This document shows positions 38,089 through 46,725 of a DNA stretch of 64,000 nt, one piece after another. The position numbers and the translations under genes were made by a program. Under the pieces are notes generated by a model. The model saw only the letters and a list, made by a program, of their open reading frames with translations, was not told the DNA's origin and did not search any database. How positions within the stretch are numbered: position 1 is the first letter of the stretch; each line of letters opens with the position of its first letter. Source of the DNA: Candidatus Bathyarchaeia archaeon (GTDB lineage: Bacteria > Patescibacteriota > Microgenomatia > PFEM01 > JAFGMK01). The DNA lies in assembly GCA_035529595.1 (NCBI GenBank), contig DATKWK010000017.1, positions 29,384 through 93,383 of the forward strand, read 5' to 3'.

Positions 38089-38907
38089 ATGAAACTGACT
38101 GTTCAAATTGCACTCATAATCACCATTCTTGGCGGTCTATTTTTAACTAATCCGAAAGGAACAATCGCCGCTTCCTGTACCGCCAAACATTTTTGTTTTG
38201 GATCTTCAGTATTTGGCTACGAATACTGCTGGTGTTCAATTCAAGAGAAATGCGGGGAGGGATATAAAGAAGTAACTGATGAAGACACTTGTAATTGTAC
38301 CTGTAAATCTTTATCAGAACCGGATGAACCGGCTGACTCGGGAACCTGCAAGGTCCAGATGATAGGAGCCTGCGTCGTGATACCCCCGGGCTGTCCAAAG
38401 GGACTAACAGCAGTCTATGACGAAAGCTGTACAACTTGCGATTGCAAAAAACCCTCAGCGGGCAATTGTACCGCGGTAGGTCTTGGTCCCATCTGTTTTG
38501 TTTTAGCTCCACACGGTTGTGCTTATGACCAAGAACCAGTTACCAGCACTAACGGATTAACTTGCGATTGTACCTGTCAACCGGTGAGCGCTGAAGGCGA
38601 TAAAGGCGGTGTTTTCTGCGACGATCGGGGATACTATGTCAATACCGCTTTTGGTTGCCTGCCGACCGATGCTAAAAGATTCGCAAGCTGGATAGTCAGC
38701 CGATTGATGATTATTGGTGGCGGAGTCGCTTTCCTATTAATGCTCTACGGTGCTTTCCAAATCATCACTTCTTCAGGGCATCCTGAAGGTATCCAGGCTG
38801 GAAAAGAACTCTTCACGGCTGCCATTAGTGGTCTTCTGTTGATAATCTTTGCAATTTATATCCTGAGGTTAGTTGGGGTCCAGATTTTGGGTATTCCCGG
38901 ACTGTAA
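38089..38907 (+). CDS. Secreted Cys-rich module fused to a C-terminal VirB2/TrbC-like pilin domain
   Basis: Signal peptide MKLTVQIALIITILGGLFL. About 30 Cys are arranged in C-x-C-x-C repeats. The C-terminal ~90 aa, RLMIIGGGVAFLLMLYGAFQIITSSGHPEGIQAGKELFTAAISGLLLIIFAIYIL, show the two-helix pilin architecture shared with the 44691..47109 paralogs. Confidence 0.6.
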   Translation: MKLTVQIALIITILGGLFLTNPKGTIAASCTAKHFCFGSSVFGYEYCWCSIQEKCGEGYKEVTDEDTCNCTCKSLSEPDEPADSGTCKVQMIGACVVIPPGCPKGLTAVYDESCTTCDCKKPSAGNCTAVGLGPICFVLAPHGCAYDQEPVTSTNGLTCDCTCQPVSAEGDKGGVFCDDRGYYVNTAFGCLPTDAKRFASWIVSRLMIIGGGVAFLLMLYGAFQIITSSGHPEGIQAGKELFTAAISGLLLIIFAIYILRLVGVQILGIPGL

Positions 38908-39211
38908 AATGAAAATCGCCAGTTTGCCTACCTATAATGATATTGACGCAGGAAATTTTAAATTACAAGTAAGTTTGGGAGAACTTATCTCCACCATTAT
39001 TCCCTATACCTACGCTCTGGCTGGCTTAGGACTTTTTTTTTATTTGATTATCGGCGGCTTTAAACTTTTAACCAGTGGCGGTGACCCGAAAAAAGCGGCC
39101 GCCGCCCGACAAATACTAACCAACGCAATTTTCGGTTTCCTGATCGTAATCGCCTCTTATTGGGTCTTTCAAATTGTCGGAGTGATCTTTAAGATTGATG
39201 TCTTCTCCTAA
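38906..39211 (+). CDS. VirB2/TrbC-like pilin paralog
   Basis: The ORF-track frame trimmed to the ATG at 38906 (MKIASLPTYND...). It shows the two-helix pattern YTYALAGLGLFFYLIIGGFKLLTSGGDPKKAAAARQILTNAIFGFLIVIASYWVFQIV. Confidence 0.6.
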   Translation, partial: KMKIASLPTYNDIDAGNFKLQVSLGELISTIIPYTYALAGLGLFFYLIIGGFKLLTSGGDPKKAAAARQILTNAIFGFLIVIASYWVFQIVGVIFKIDVFS

Positions 39212-39236
39212 CAAACACTTCAAGTAGCCTAAAAAT

Positions 39237-39986
39237 TTATTTAGTCTGGTAAACGAAAAACTTACCGCCGCCAAATCTTCTCTCGCGCTTTTGATAAGAA
39301 GCAACTGCCTTATCAAACTCAAACTGGCTAAAATCAGGCCAAAGAACCGGTGAGAAATAAAACTCGGCGTAAACGGACTGCCAGGGCAAGAATCCCGACA
39401 GGCGCATCTCACCGCCGGTTCTGATAATTAGATCGGGATCAGGCAAATCGGCCGTATCAAGATAAGAGGAAAAAAATTCTTCCGTGATCTTACTGACAGG
39501 AATCCGATCTTTAACTAATTTCTTGACTGCCCGGAGAATTTCCGGGCGGCCACCGTAATTTAACGCAAAGGTAACCGTAATTTTATCATTCCTGTGAGTC
39601 TCTTTAATTCCATTTAAAAATTTTTTGATAATATCTTTGGGGAACTTTGAAATATCACCCAAAAAATTAAGCCGGATTCCTTTTTGGTGGAGCTTTTTAA
39701 TCTTGCGGGACAGAATCTGGCGGAAGACTTGCATCAAACCTTTAATTTCCGCTTTGTCCCGTTTCCAGTTTTCCGTCGAAAAGGCCCAAAAAGTAATAAA
39801 CCTGACCCCTAACTCAACCGCCCGATCAATGATCGGTTCGATCGCTTCTTCAGCGGCCACCCGGTGGCCGTCAACCGGACCTAGGCCTCTTTTTGCCGCC
39901 CAGCGCCGGTTACCATCCATAATAATGGCGACATGAACAGGTATCTTACCCTGGTTAAGAGAAATATTTTTCATATAGATACGCAT
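39237..39986 (-). CDS. uppS: Undecaprenyl pyrophosphate synthase (cis-prenyltransferase)
   Basis: HVAIIMDGNRRWA near the N-terminus and the FTFWAFSTENWKR motif. 249 aa. Confidence 0.9.
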   Translation of the reverse strand: MRIYMKNISLNQGKIPVHVAIIMDGNRRWAAKRGLGPVDGHRVAAEEAIEPIIDRAVELGVRFITFWAFSTENWKRDKAEIKGLMQVFRQILSRKIKKLHQKGIRLNFLGDISKFPKDIIKKFLNGIKETHRNDKITVTFALNYGGRPEILRAVKKLVKDRIPVSKITEEFFSSYLDTADLPDPDLIIRTGGEMRLSGFLPWQSVYAEFYFSPVLWPDFSQFEFDKAVASYQKRERRFGGGKFFVYQTK

Positions 39987-40036
39987 TCACCTTTTAACTA
40001 TTTTACCAATTATTTTCAAAAAGACAAAGTAATTTT

Positions 40037-40828
40037 TCAGTTTATTATTGTTCCTTTTACTTCCTGGCCTAAAATCGCTCTTTTCAAGTTTCCCGGAACT
40101 TTCCCATTAACAATTAATGTTTTAATTCCCGATTTAGCTAATTTTAAAGCTGTCTCAACCTTATGCAGCATTCCACCGGTAACATCAATTCCCGCTGAGG
40201 CGCCAAAACACCGTTTTAGCCGACTAAACTGACCGGGCAGAATGGCAGAAATGGTTTGCCCTTTCCGGTTATATACCCCAGCGGTAATTCCTGCATAAAT
40301 CACCTTTTCCACCTTAAATTTATCTTTTAACCTTGTTGCTAAATGATTAAGAATCGTTTCTGTCGACAAAATACTGCAGCCCATTTCCAGATCCAAACCC
40401 ACGTCCCCATAGACAATCGGTAACATTCCAAAGTCCAATGTTCTTAAAAGTGGGCACAAAAAAGAATCTTCAATTTGTCCATTACTGGCAATCATGAAGC
40501 TTGATGGGCTAAAAGAGATAGCATTCTCGCCTTTTTGTAAGAACGCTCTGACAATAATCCGGTTAAGTCTTGCTGCTGCATCCTGGACTTCGGCAATTCC
40601 CCGAAAACTGCTTTTTCCAATCACGCCTTCGTTGGTTTTAAACTTAAGCGCGGGTACATGCGGAAAAGAACCGCCGCCATGACCGATAATCAGTAATTTT
40701 TTTGACCGTTGTTTAGTCTGACAAATCTCCCCGGCAAGACGTTTGATCACCAAACTCTTTTCGGTAAAAGGCTTACTTTTATCAGTAATCAGGCTGCCAC
40801 CAAGTTTAATCAAAATCAATTTATGCAT
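40037..40828 (-). CDS. Isopentenyl phosphate kinase (amino-acid-kinase family)
   Basis: N-terminal LILIKLGGSLITDK and the amino-acid-kinase fold pattern. It sits adjacent to the mevalonate-PP decarboxylase homolog. 263 aa. Confidence 0.7.
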   Translation of the reverse strand: MHKLILIKLGGSLITDKSKPFTEKSLVIKRLAGEICQTKQRSKKLLIIGHGGGSFPHVPALKFKTNEGVIGKSSFRGIAEVQDAAARLNRIIVRAFLQKGENAISFSPSSFMIASNGQIEDSFLCPLLRTLDFGMLPIVYGDVGLDLEMGCSILSTETILNHLATRLKDKFKVEKVIYAGITAGVYNRKGQTISAILPGQFSRLKRCFGASAGIDVTGGMLHKVETALKLAKSGIKTLIVNGKVPGNLKRAILGQEVKGTIIN

Positions 40829-40846
40829 ATCATGACATTATCGAAC

Positions 40847-41857
40847 TCAGAAAATATGATTATGAGCTAATCTCGTTCCCTTGCAAGGTCGATTAATAAT
40901 CGTAAATAATACCTGACTTAACTTTTTCAATCGTCTATTTACTTCCTGGTAATCTTTTTTCTGACAAATTACATGAACATTAGGACCGGCGTCGATCGTA
41001 AAGTAAGCAAATAGTCCTTTTTTGCGCCACTGTCGCAAGACCTGAATAATTTCTATTGTCCCCTGATTCCAGTAAAATATTGGCGGGCGCGAAGTCATGG
41101 CCACTATATGCATCGAAATTGCTTCCTCCTCAATTGCTTCTCCTGATGTCTGAAAATTCTTACTCAAAATTGCCTGTTTTACCCGTTTGATCCGGCTCGG
41201 AAGTTCCTTAAGCCGCGCCCGATAATAAGGACTGATGGCTGCCAATTGGTGGCCGGTGCGGGAAGAAAATTCCTTAATCCCGGTATCAACTACGGCAACG
41301 ATATCGACCAGATCCCACCATTTTTCATCTTTCAACTGGTAGGCATAACAGGTTTCTGAATCCTTCCCTTTCTGCCAATAAGCAAAACCGTCAATAATTG
41401 AACGGCAAGCTGATCCGGAACCGGCCAGACGGGTTAATATCGACAGTTCTTTTTTTGATAAGTTTAAACTCAAGGCAGCAGTTGCCGCCACAGTCAGAGC
41501 CGAGAAAGCCGAACCAGAAGCAGCAATTCCGGCATCGGAAGGAAAGGAATTATGAGAAACAACCTTAACGGGAAAATGGATATTAGCCATTTTTCTTATT
41601 CGGTTAACTTGGGCCAGTACCTTCTCTAAATGGCTACCTTCGGCAGTCTTTTCTTTCTGACCGAAAAACTTAATTTTAACAAGGTCTTTTTCAAAATTAG
41701 GCGAGAATTCAACCGTTGTCGTAGTCAGGCACTTATCCATCGTCATGGAAATACTGTCGTTGTTGGGTAAAACTAAGTCCTTATGCCACCAACCCCAATA
41801 TTTAATAAAGGCGATTGTCGCCGGCGAGATAACTGTCGCTTTGTATTCTTTTCCCAT
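40847..41857 (-). CDS. Diphospho-/phosphomevalonate decarboxylase (GHMP kinase family)
   Basis: N-terminal ATIAFIKYWGWWHKDLVLPNNDSISMTMD resembles the MVD family, and DAGPNVHVI lies near the C-terminus. 336 aa. Confidence 0.75.
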   Translation of the reverse strand: MGKEYKATVISPATIAFIKYWGWWHKDLVLPNNDSISMTMDKCLTTTTVEFSPNFEKDLVKIKFFGQKEKTAEGSHLEKVLAQVNRIRKMANIHFPVKVVSHNSFPSDAGIAASGSAFSALTVAATAALSLNLSKKELSILTRLAGSGSACRSIIDGFAYWQKGKDSETCYAYQLKDEKWWDLVDIVAVVDTGIKEFSSRTGHQLAAISPYYRARLKELPSRIKRVKQAILSKNFQTSGEAIEEEAISMHIVAMTSRPPIFYWNQGTIEIIQVLRQWRKKGLFAYFTIDAGPNVHVICQKKDYQEVNRRLKKLSQVLFTIINRPCKGTRLAHNHIF

Positions 41858-41875
41858 TTAACTTCAAATTAAGTT

Positions 41876-42574
41876 TTAATCCATAGCAACCCAATTCCAA
41901 GAACGAACCTTTCCTAAAAACTCCAAATCTTCCGGCCGTCCAACTTCCTCAGCCGCTGCACACATACCTTCAATTTGATGCAGAATACAAATCGCGGCCG
42001 ATTTTCCGACTAACCTGACACTACTTACTAGGCTGTCAGGATTCGCTTCTTCCCTGCCATTACGACCAGATGGATAGAGAACCGTTATCTCAACCAAACC
42101 CAGTTCATTGGCCCGGCTATCAACAATCGTCTGGTAGACGGCATAAAGCTCGAAGGCATACCGAAGCGGAGTTACTACTCTGCCTCTGGGAATAAACGGC
42201 CGCGATACTGGCACTTTCCGTCCGTTTCCCTCTTTTACTTCATCAAGAAGAAGACGGGGTAATATCCCATTCGGGCTTGATTCCAGACATCCCTGAACCT
42301 GATCACTGCCTCCTGTGATAGACAGATAATCCGAATAACCGAGAGCATGCGCCACTACTTCCCACTCTGGCGTAACTTCGAATTCCAGATCCACAGCCCT
42401 AACTGCCTCTTCGCAAGCTTCCAGTAACCCTGGCGGTGCTGTGACCGGATTCGGCTTAATAGGACGAATCCGCGATCCCGTCTGGTACCTCAGTCGCATA
42501 TCGCCATTCTCTTGATACACCACTGTCATAATCGCTGCCGCAAGGCCAGGTGGCATCGTCATGGCTTCCTTCAT
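41876..42574 (-). CDS. Hypothetical protein (GC-rich) within the isoprenoid gene cluster
   Basis: 232 aa with no recognisable motif. It lies between the decarboxylase and the ECF sigma region. Confidence 0.4.
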   Translation of the reverse strand: MKEAMTMPPGLAAAIMTVVYQENGDMRLRYQTGSRIRPIKPNPVTAPPGLLEACEEAVRAVDLEFEVTPEWEVVAHALGYSDYLSITGGSDQVQGCLESSPNGILPRLLLDEVKEGNGRKVPVSRPFIPRGRVVTPLRYAFELYAVYQTIVDSRANELGLVEITVLYPSGRNGREEANPDSLVSSVRLVGKSAAICILHQIEGMCAAAEEVGRPEDLEFLGKVRSWNWVAMD

Positions 42575-42582
42575 TATTTAAA

Positions 42583-42966
42583 TTACCCCTTAGGGAATTT
42601 ATTAACCCGTCTTAAATACTTGATTACCCAATAAAAGTAATAAATAGTTAAAACGAATAACAAAAAACCAGAAAGCAAAAATAACCTTATACCCAAAGTA
42701 GAAGCCAGCCCCATCGGCCGGACTAAAAGCCAAATTATAAGACTGAAACTGAGAAGCAAAAACCAAAGGTTAAAAGGTAATCCGAAAACTAAAAAAGCTT
42801 GGGAAAGATCTTTTCTGGAAAGAATCTTGGCAGTCGTTATTTCCGGATGAATTATCATTCCTAAAATGTTTTTCAAAAAAAAATAGGCTTCTTTAAAGCC
42901 CACTAATAAGACCAACTCTTTTAAGAAAGAAATCTCTTTTTTAACCTCCCCGGTCGATATTGACAT
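42583..42966 (-). CDS. Hypothetical membrane protein (2-3 TM)
   Basis: 127 aa with hydrophobic helices. It overlaps the upstream sigma-factor gene by 26 nt. Confidence 0.4.
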   Translation of the reverse strand: MSISTGEVKKEISFLKELVLLVGFKEAYFFLKNILGMIIHPEITTAKILSRKDLSQAFLVFGLPFNLWFLLLSFSLIIWLLVRPMGLASTLGIRLFLLSGFLLFVLTIYYFYWVIKYLRRVNKFPKG

Positions 42967-43522
42967 AGATACGAGCGAAGGCTTTCCTCGCCCGGGTCAA
43001 CCTTGATTCGATCGCTTTTTCCGTTTCTCCGAACTTTTGGGCAATTTCCCGAACAGAAAACCCCTGCATATACTTTAGTCGCAATATACGAGCATATCCT
43101 TCGGCCAAAAGCCGTAAAACTTTTAATACCTTTCTCTTTAATTCTTTCTCTTCCAGGTCTGCCTCCGGACCCAGAGCTTTACTGACAAAGATTTCCAAAG
43201 AAGGGAAAAGAGAAAAAACGACCGTCTTAATTTTCTTCTTCCGGTAAAAATCGGCGATCTCATGTTTGGCAATACCGCAAATCCACGTCAGCCAGGAAGA
43301 TCTACCGGAATAAAAAGGCAAGGCTTCAAAAGCAGAAATAAAGGTTTCCTGCAGAATCTCCTCAGCATCCTCCAAACTCTGAACCCGCGATAAAATATAG
43401 TTTAATATCCGCTTGTGATAACGACGATAAATCAATCCCTGTGCTTTCTTATTACCCCGAATTGCTTTTTCGATCATCCTCGACCGAATATTTAATATCT
43501 GAAACTTGAAGCTTTGACTCAT
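42941..43522 (-). CDS. ECF-type RNA polymerase sigma factor (sigma-70 family)
   Basis: Region 2-like ...ILNYILSRVQSLEDAEEILQETFISAF and region 4 HTH REIAQKFGETEKAIESRLTRARKAF. 193 aa. Confidence 0.7.
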   Translation of the reverse strand: MSQSFKFQILNIRSRMIEKAIRGNKKAQGLIYRRYHKRILNYILSRVQSLEDAEEILQETFISAFEALPFYSGRSSWLTWICGIAKHEIADFYRKKKIKTVVFSLFPSLEIFVSKALGPEADLEEKELKRKVLKVLRLLAEGYARILRLKYMQGFSVREIAQKFGETEKAIESRLTRARKAFARIYVNIDRGG

Positions 43523-44583
43523 TTCTCCCTGTTAATCATATAATCCGCAAGGCTCGAATAAATTTCACTCAAATTTGAATCAGAAGTTAATTCCGGAATT
43601 GCTCTTTTACCTTTAATAACTAAATCGCAGGCCAACTTTTGACAATAATCAACCGCTCCTGAATTTCTAATAATTATTCTCACTTTTTCAATTCCTTCTT
43701 CAGTCAAATTTTTGTCTCCTAAAGCTTTTTCAAGTATCTTTTTTTCATTTCCGTTTAATACTTCCAGAGCTTTGGCAACAATCAATGTTTTTTTACCTTC
43801 CCGCAGATCCGAACTAGCTGACTTGCCGGTTATTTTTTCGTCACCAAAAAGCCCAAGAAAATCATCTCTTAATTGAAAGGCAATACCAACCGGAAAACCA
43901 TATTTTTCAGCTGCTTTAATTTTTTCTTGGCTGGCGCTTGCTAAACTAATTCCAACTACAAGAGGCATAATCAAAGTATAATAAGCAGTTTTTAATTTCC
44001 GGATCTTAATTACTTCATTCCAAGCAAAACCAGGAACTAAATCATAGGTAATATCTAAAAATTCACCGAAACCTGTTTTAATCAAGTGATCCGATAAAAG
44101 AGAGATCGCTGTCATTTTGCGCTTGGCCGGAAAATCCGATTCGGAAATTAATCGGTGGCCTAGCCAACAACCAATATCACCCAATACAAAAGCCATTCCA
44201 CCTGACCACCTCTTCGGATCGCTTTTCTTAAAGCGTTCCCGATGGATCTGCTCGTACTGTTTATGAACTGTTGGCCTGCCATAACGCATCAAGTCGTTAT
44301 CAATCCAATCATCATGAATTAACAAAAAAGAGTGTATTATTTGCACGGCAACCGAAGGAGCAATAATCGCTGATCGATTTTTTCCACCGGCTGATTTGTA
44401 TCCGAGACAAACCAGAGCACCCCGAAGCATTTTTCCGCCTTTAGCAAATTTTTCATAAATTCCGACTGCCTCCGCACAAAGAGGTGACACTTTAGCGGCT
44501 TTTCTTTTTTCCTGCTGGAAAAATTTGTCCAAAAAGACGTCCGCTGCTTGCCGGTAACGAGCCAGGTAAGTTTTAATATCCAC
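43519..44583 (-). CDS. Polyprenyl diphosphate synthase (trans-isoprenyl diphosphate synthase, FPP/GGPP-type)
   Basis: The first Asp-rich motif LLIHDDWIDND and the second FQLRDDFLG are present. 354 aa. Confidence 0.85.
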   Translation of the reverse strand: MDIKTYLARYRQAADVFLDKFFQQEKRKAAKVSPLCAEAVGIYEKFAKGGKMLRGALVCLGYKSAGGKNRSAIIAPSVAVQIIHSFLLIHDDWIDNDLMRYGRPTVHKQYEQIHRERFKKSDPKRWSGGMAFVLGDIGCWLGHRLISESDFPAKRKMTAISLLSDHLIKTGFGEFLDITYDLVPGFAWNEVIKIRKLKTAYYTLIMPLVVGISLASASQEKIKAAEKYGFPVGIAFQLRDDFLGLFGDEKITGKSASSDLREGKKTLIVAKALEVLNGNEKKILEKALGDKNLTEEGIEKVRIIIRNSGAVDYCQKLACDLVIKGKRAIPELTSDSNLSEIYSSLADYMINREK

Positions 44584-44690
44584 GGTCTCTTAGTATAACG
44601 AAATGCCGGCTGAGTTGCAAAAACATCCCGGCATTTGCTATCATGAGATTGGTCAATCGTTTTCATAAATGTAATTGATAACTAAGAGAA

Positions 44691-45002
44691 ATGACAAATA
44701 TTGCCTTTGCTTTCGATATCGGAACCGCCTTCAACGCCCCGTTTAATTCAGTGGGCGAATTAATCTCGATCCTTTTACCGAATATTTATATTCTCGCCGG
44801 CGTCCTGCTTTTATTCCTCTTGATCGGGGGCGGATTTGGGGTTATATTGAGTGCAGGCAAAGGAGCCAAAGAAGGGGTTGGTCAAGGAAGCAAGGCGATT
44901 ACGACGGCCATAATCGGTTTCTTAATCATAATCGGCTCTTACTGGATTATCCAAATTATCAGCGTCGTAACCGGTCTGAATATCCTTGATCCCGGTCTAT
45001 AA
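44691..45002 (+). CDS. VirB2/TrbC-like pilin paralog 1
   Basis: 103 aa with two hydrophobic helices separated by a short polar loop: ILAGVLLLFLLIGGGFGVILSAGKGAKEGVGQGSKAITTAIIGFLIIIGSYWIIQII. Confidence 0.65.
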   Translation: MTNIAFAFDIGTAFNAPFNSVGELISILLPNIYILAGVLLLFLLIGGGFGVILSAGKGAKEGVGQGSKAITTAIIGFLIIIGSYWIIQIISVVTGLNILDPGL

Positions 45003-45015
45003 AGCTTATAAAAAA

Positions 45016-45378
45016 ATGGTCAAACACCTGTTAGCCAACGACTCAATCGGCACCGTCACTAATCCTTGGGAAACCCTAAACCCGGCATATACTGGCACCA
45101 GCGGCGAAGGATTGGTCACCTTATTAAACAACATCCTGAAATTAGCTGTTGTTGTCGCCGGCATCTTTTCATTCATTAATCTGATCGTCGCCGGCTACGG
45201 TTTTATGTCGGCCGCCGGTAACCCGGAAAAAATTACTGAAGCCTGGAGCAGAATTTGGCAATCACTGGTTGGTTTACTGATTGTCGCCAGTTCGTTTGTC
45301 CTGGCCGCCCTTTTTGGCTATCTGGTCTTTGGCGATCCGACAGCGATTATTTCACCTAAAATTTACGGACCGTCCTAA
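45016..45378 (+). CDS. VirB2/TrbC-like pilin paralog 2
   Basis: The ORF-track frame (44986..45378) trimmed to the internal ATG at 45016 (MVKHLL...). It contains LKLAVVVAGIFSFINLIVAGYGFMSAAGNPEKITEAWSRIWQSLVGLLIVASSFVLAALFGYLVF. Confidence 0.55.
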   Translation: MVKHLLANDSIGTVTNPWETLNPAYTGTSGEGLVTLLNNILKLAVVVAGIFSFINLIVAGYGFMSAAGNPEKITEAWSRIWQSLVGLLIVASSFVLAALFGYLVFGDPTAIISPKIYGPS

Positions 45379-45379
45379 A

Positions 45380-45745
45380 ATGAACCAAAAATTACTGGCT
45401 ACTTCATTGGGCAGTTTTCAAGGCTTCGGTAAAATCGGTACCGATTTTCTGGCTGACCCGGTTGCTTCTTTAGAGAAAATAATCTCTTTAGTAATCGGTA
45501 TAATGACTATCGGAGCCGGTATCTATTTCATATTTCTGTTAATTATCGCCGCTTACGGATGGATGAGCGCCGGCGGCGATAAACAAAAAATGCAAAAAGC
45601 CCAGGACAGCTTTACTCAGGCTATCATTGGCTTAGTAGTGGTTGTTGCCGCTTATGCTATCGCCTCGGTTGTCGGTTTCATGCTGGGCGTTAACATCTTA
45701 AATCCGTCAGAACTGTTAGGAAATATATGGTCAACCTCAACTTAG
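45380..45745 (+). CDS. VirB2/TrbC-like pilin paralog 3
   Basis: The frame (45281..45745) trimmed to the ATG at 45380 (MNQKLLATSLGSF...). It contains IMTIGAGIYFIFLLIIAAYGWMSAGGDKQKMQKAQDSFTQAIIGLVVVVAAYAIASVV. Confidence 0.6.
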   Translation: MNQKLLATSLGSFQGFGKIGTDFLADPVASLEKIISLVIGIMTIGAGIYFIFLLIIAAYGWMSAGGDKQKMQKAQDSFTQAIIGLVVVVAAYAIASVVGFMLGVNILNPSELLGNIWSTST

Positions 45746-46098
45746 AAAAAATGTTCAAGCCGGCTTACGCGCAAATTACCAACCCGGCTATCGGTGAGGC
45801 CGGAAGCGGTGAAGGAGCTCAGATTTTAAGCCGCCTTATCTCAATAATTCTGAGTGCTCTGCTAATTATGGGTGTAATCTTCTTTATGACCAATTTCATC
45901 CTTGGGGCATACCGGTGGATAAGCGGAGGCCATGACAAAAGCTATATCCAGGAAGCAAGAGACAGGGTTTCCCATGCGATTATCGGCCTGGTGATCCTTT
46001 TCTCCGTTTTTGCTATAATCAGATTGATCGGGGATATCTTTGGTCTTAATTTGATGAAACTTTCAATTCCGACAATTTCTGATGTAGGAGGAATTTGA
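45727..46098 (+). CDS. VirB2/TrbC-like pilin paralog 4
   Basis: It contains LISIILSALLIMGVIFFMTNFILGAYRWISGGHDKSYIQEARDRVSHAIIGLVILFSVFAII. The start may instead be the ATG at 45751. Confidence 0.6.
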   Translation: MVNLNLEKMFKPAYAQITNPAIGEAGSGEGAQILSRLISIILSALLIMGVIFFMTNFILGAYRWISGGHDKSYIQEARDRVSHAIIGLVILFSVFAIIRLIGDIFGLNLMKLSIPTISDVGGI

Positions 46099-46175
46099 AA
46101 TTACCGGTTAGAAGTTATTAAACTATTCCTTAGAACTATATCCTTAATAAGGAAATACTGAAAGGGGGTGAGAAG

Positions 46176-46598
46176 ATGAAAAAAATAGTCAAAACTACAG
46201 TCGCCTTAGGTTTAAGCGTTTTGCCTTTGATAACCTCAGTATCTATGGCTATGGCACAAGACCCTCTTACAGGACCGTTTAATCTTGCCCCTGGTGAAGG
46301 ATGGGAAAATCTATCCAAAATCAGTGTTGCCAGCATGGTAAAAGGACTGCTTTCTTTAGCGATGGTCCTGGCAGCCCTTGTCGCTTTTGGTTTCTTGCTC
46401 TATGGAGGTATTCTTTGGATTACTTCAGGCGGAGACAAAAGCAAGACGGAAACTGCCCGCAATACAATCACCGCTGCCTTAGTCGGATTGGTAATCGTAT
46501 TCGGCAGCTTTGCAATCATCCAATTAGTCCAGATAGCCTTTGGGGTCAGCATTCTTAAGCTTAATTTCGAATCGTTTAAGTTCTATTCAGGTAGTTAA
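46176..46598 (+). CDS. VirB2/TrbC-like pilin paralog 5 (with signal peptide)
   Basis: A strong RBS (AAAGGGGGTGAG) lies upstream. The signal peptide MKKIVKTTVALGLSVLPLITSVSMAMA is followed by LLSLAMVLAALVAFGFLLYGGILWITSGGDKSKTETARNTITAALVGLVIVFGSFAII. Confidence 0.65.
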   Translation: MKKIVKTTVALGLSVLPLITSVSMAMAQDPLTGPFNLAPGEGWENLSKISVASMVKGLLSLAMVLAALVAFGFLLYGGILWITSGGDKSKTETARNTITAALVGLVIVFGSFAIIQLVQIAFGVSILKLNFESFKFYSGS

Positions 46599-46725
46599 CG
46601 TGGAAATATTCAAGTTCCAGACAGCTAAAGCATGGGTACCAAAGCCACAAAGCTACCTTTCATCTCGCAATTAAGAGATGAAGGGTGGCTTTTGGCCATA
46701 GGGAATTAATAAATAGTCTAGAAAA

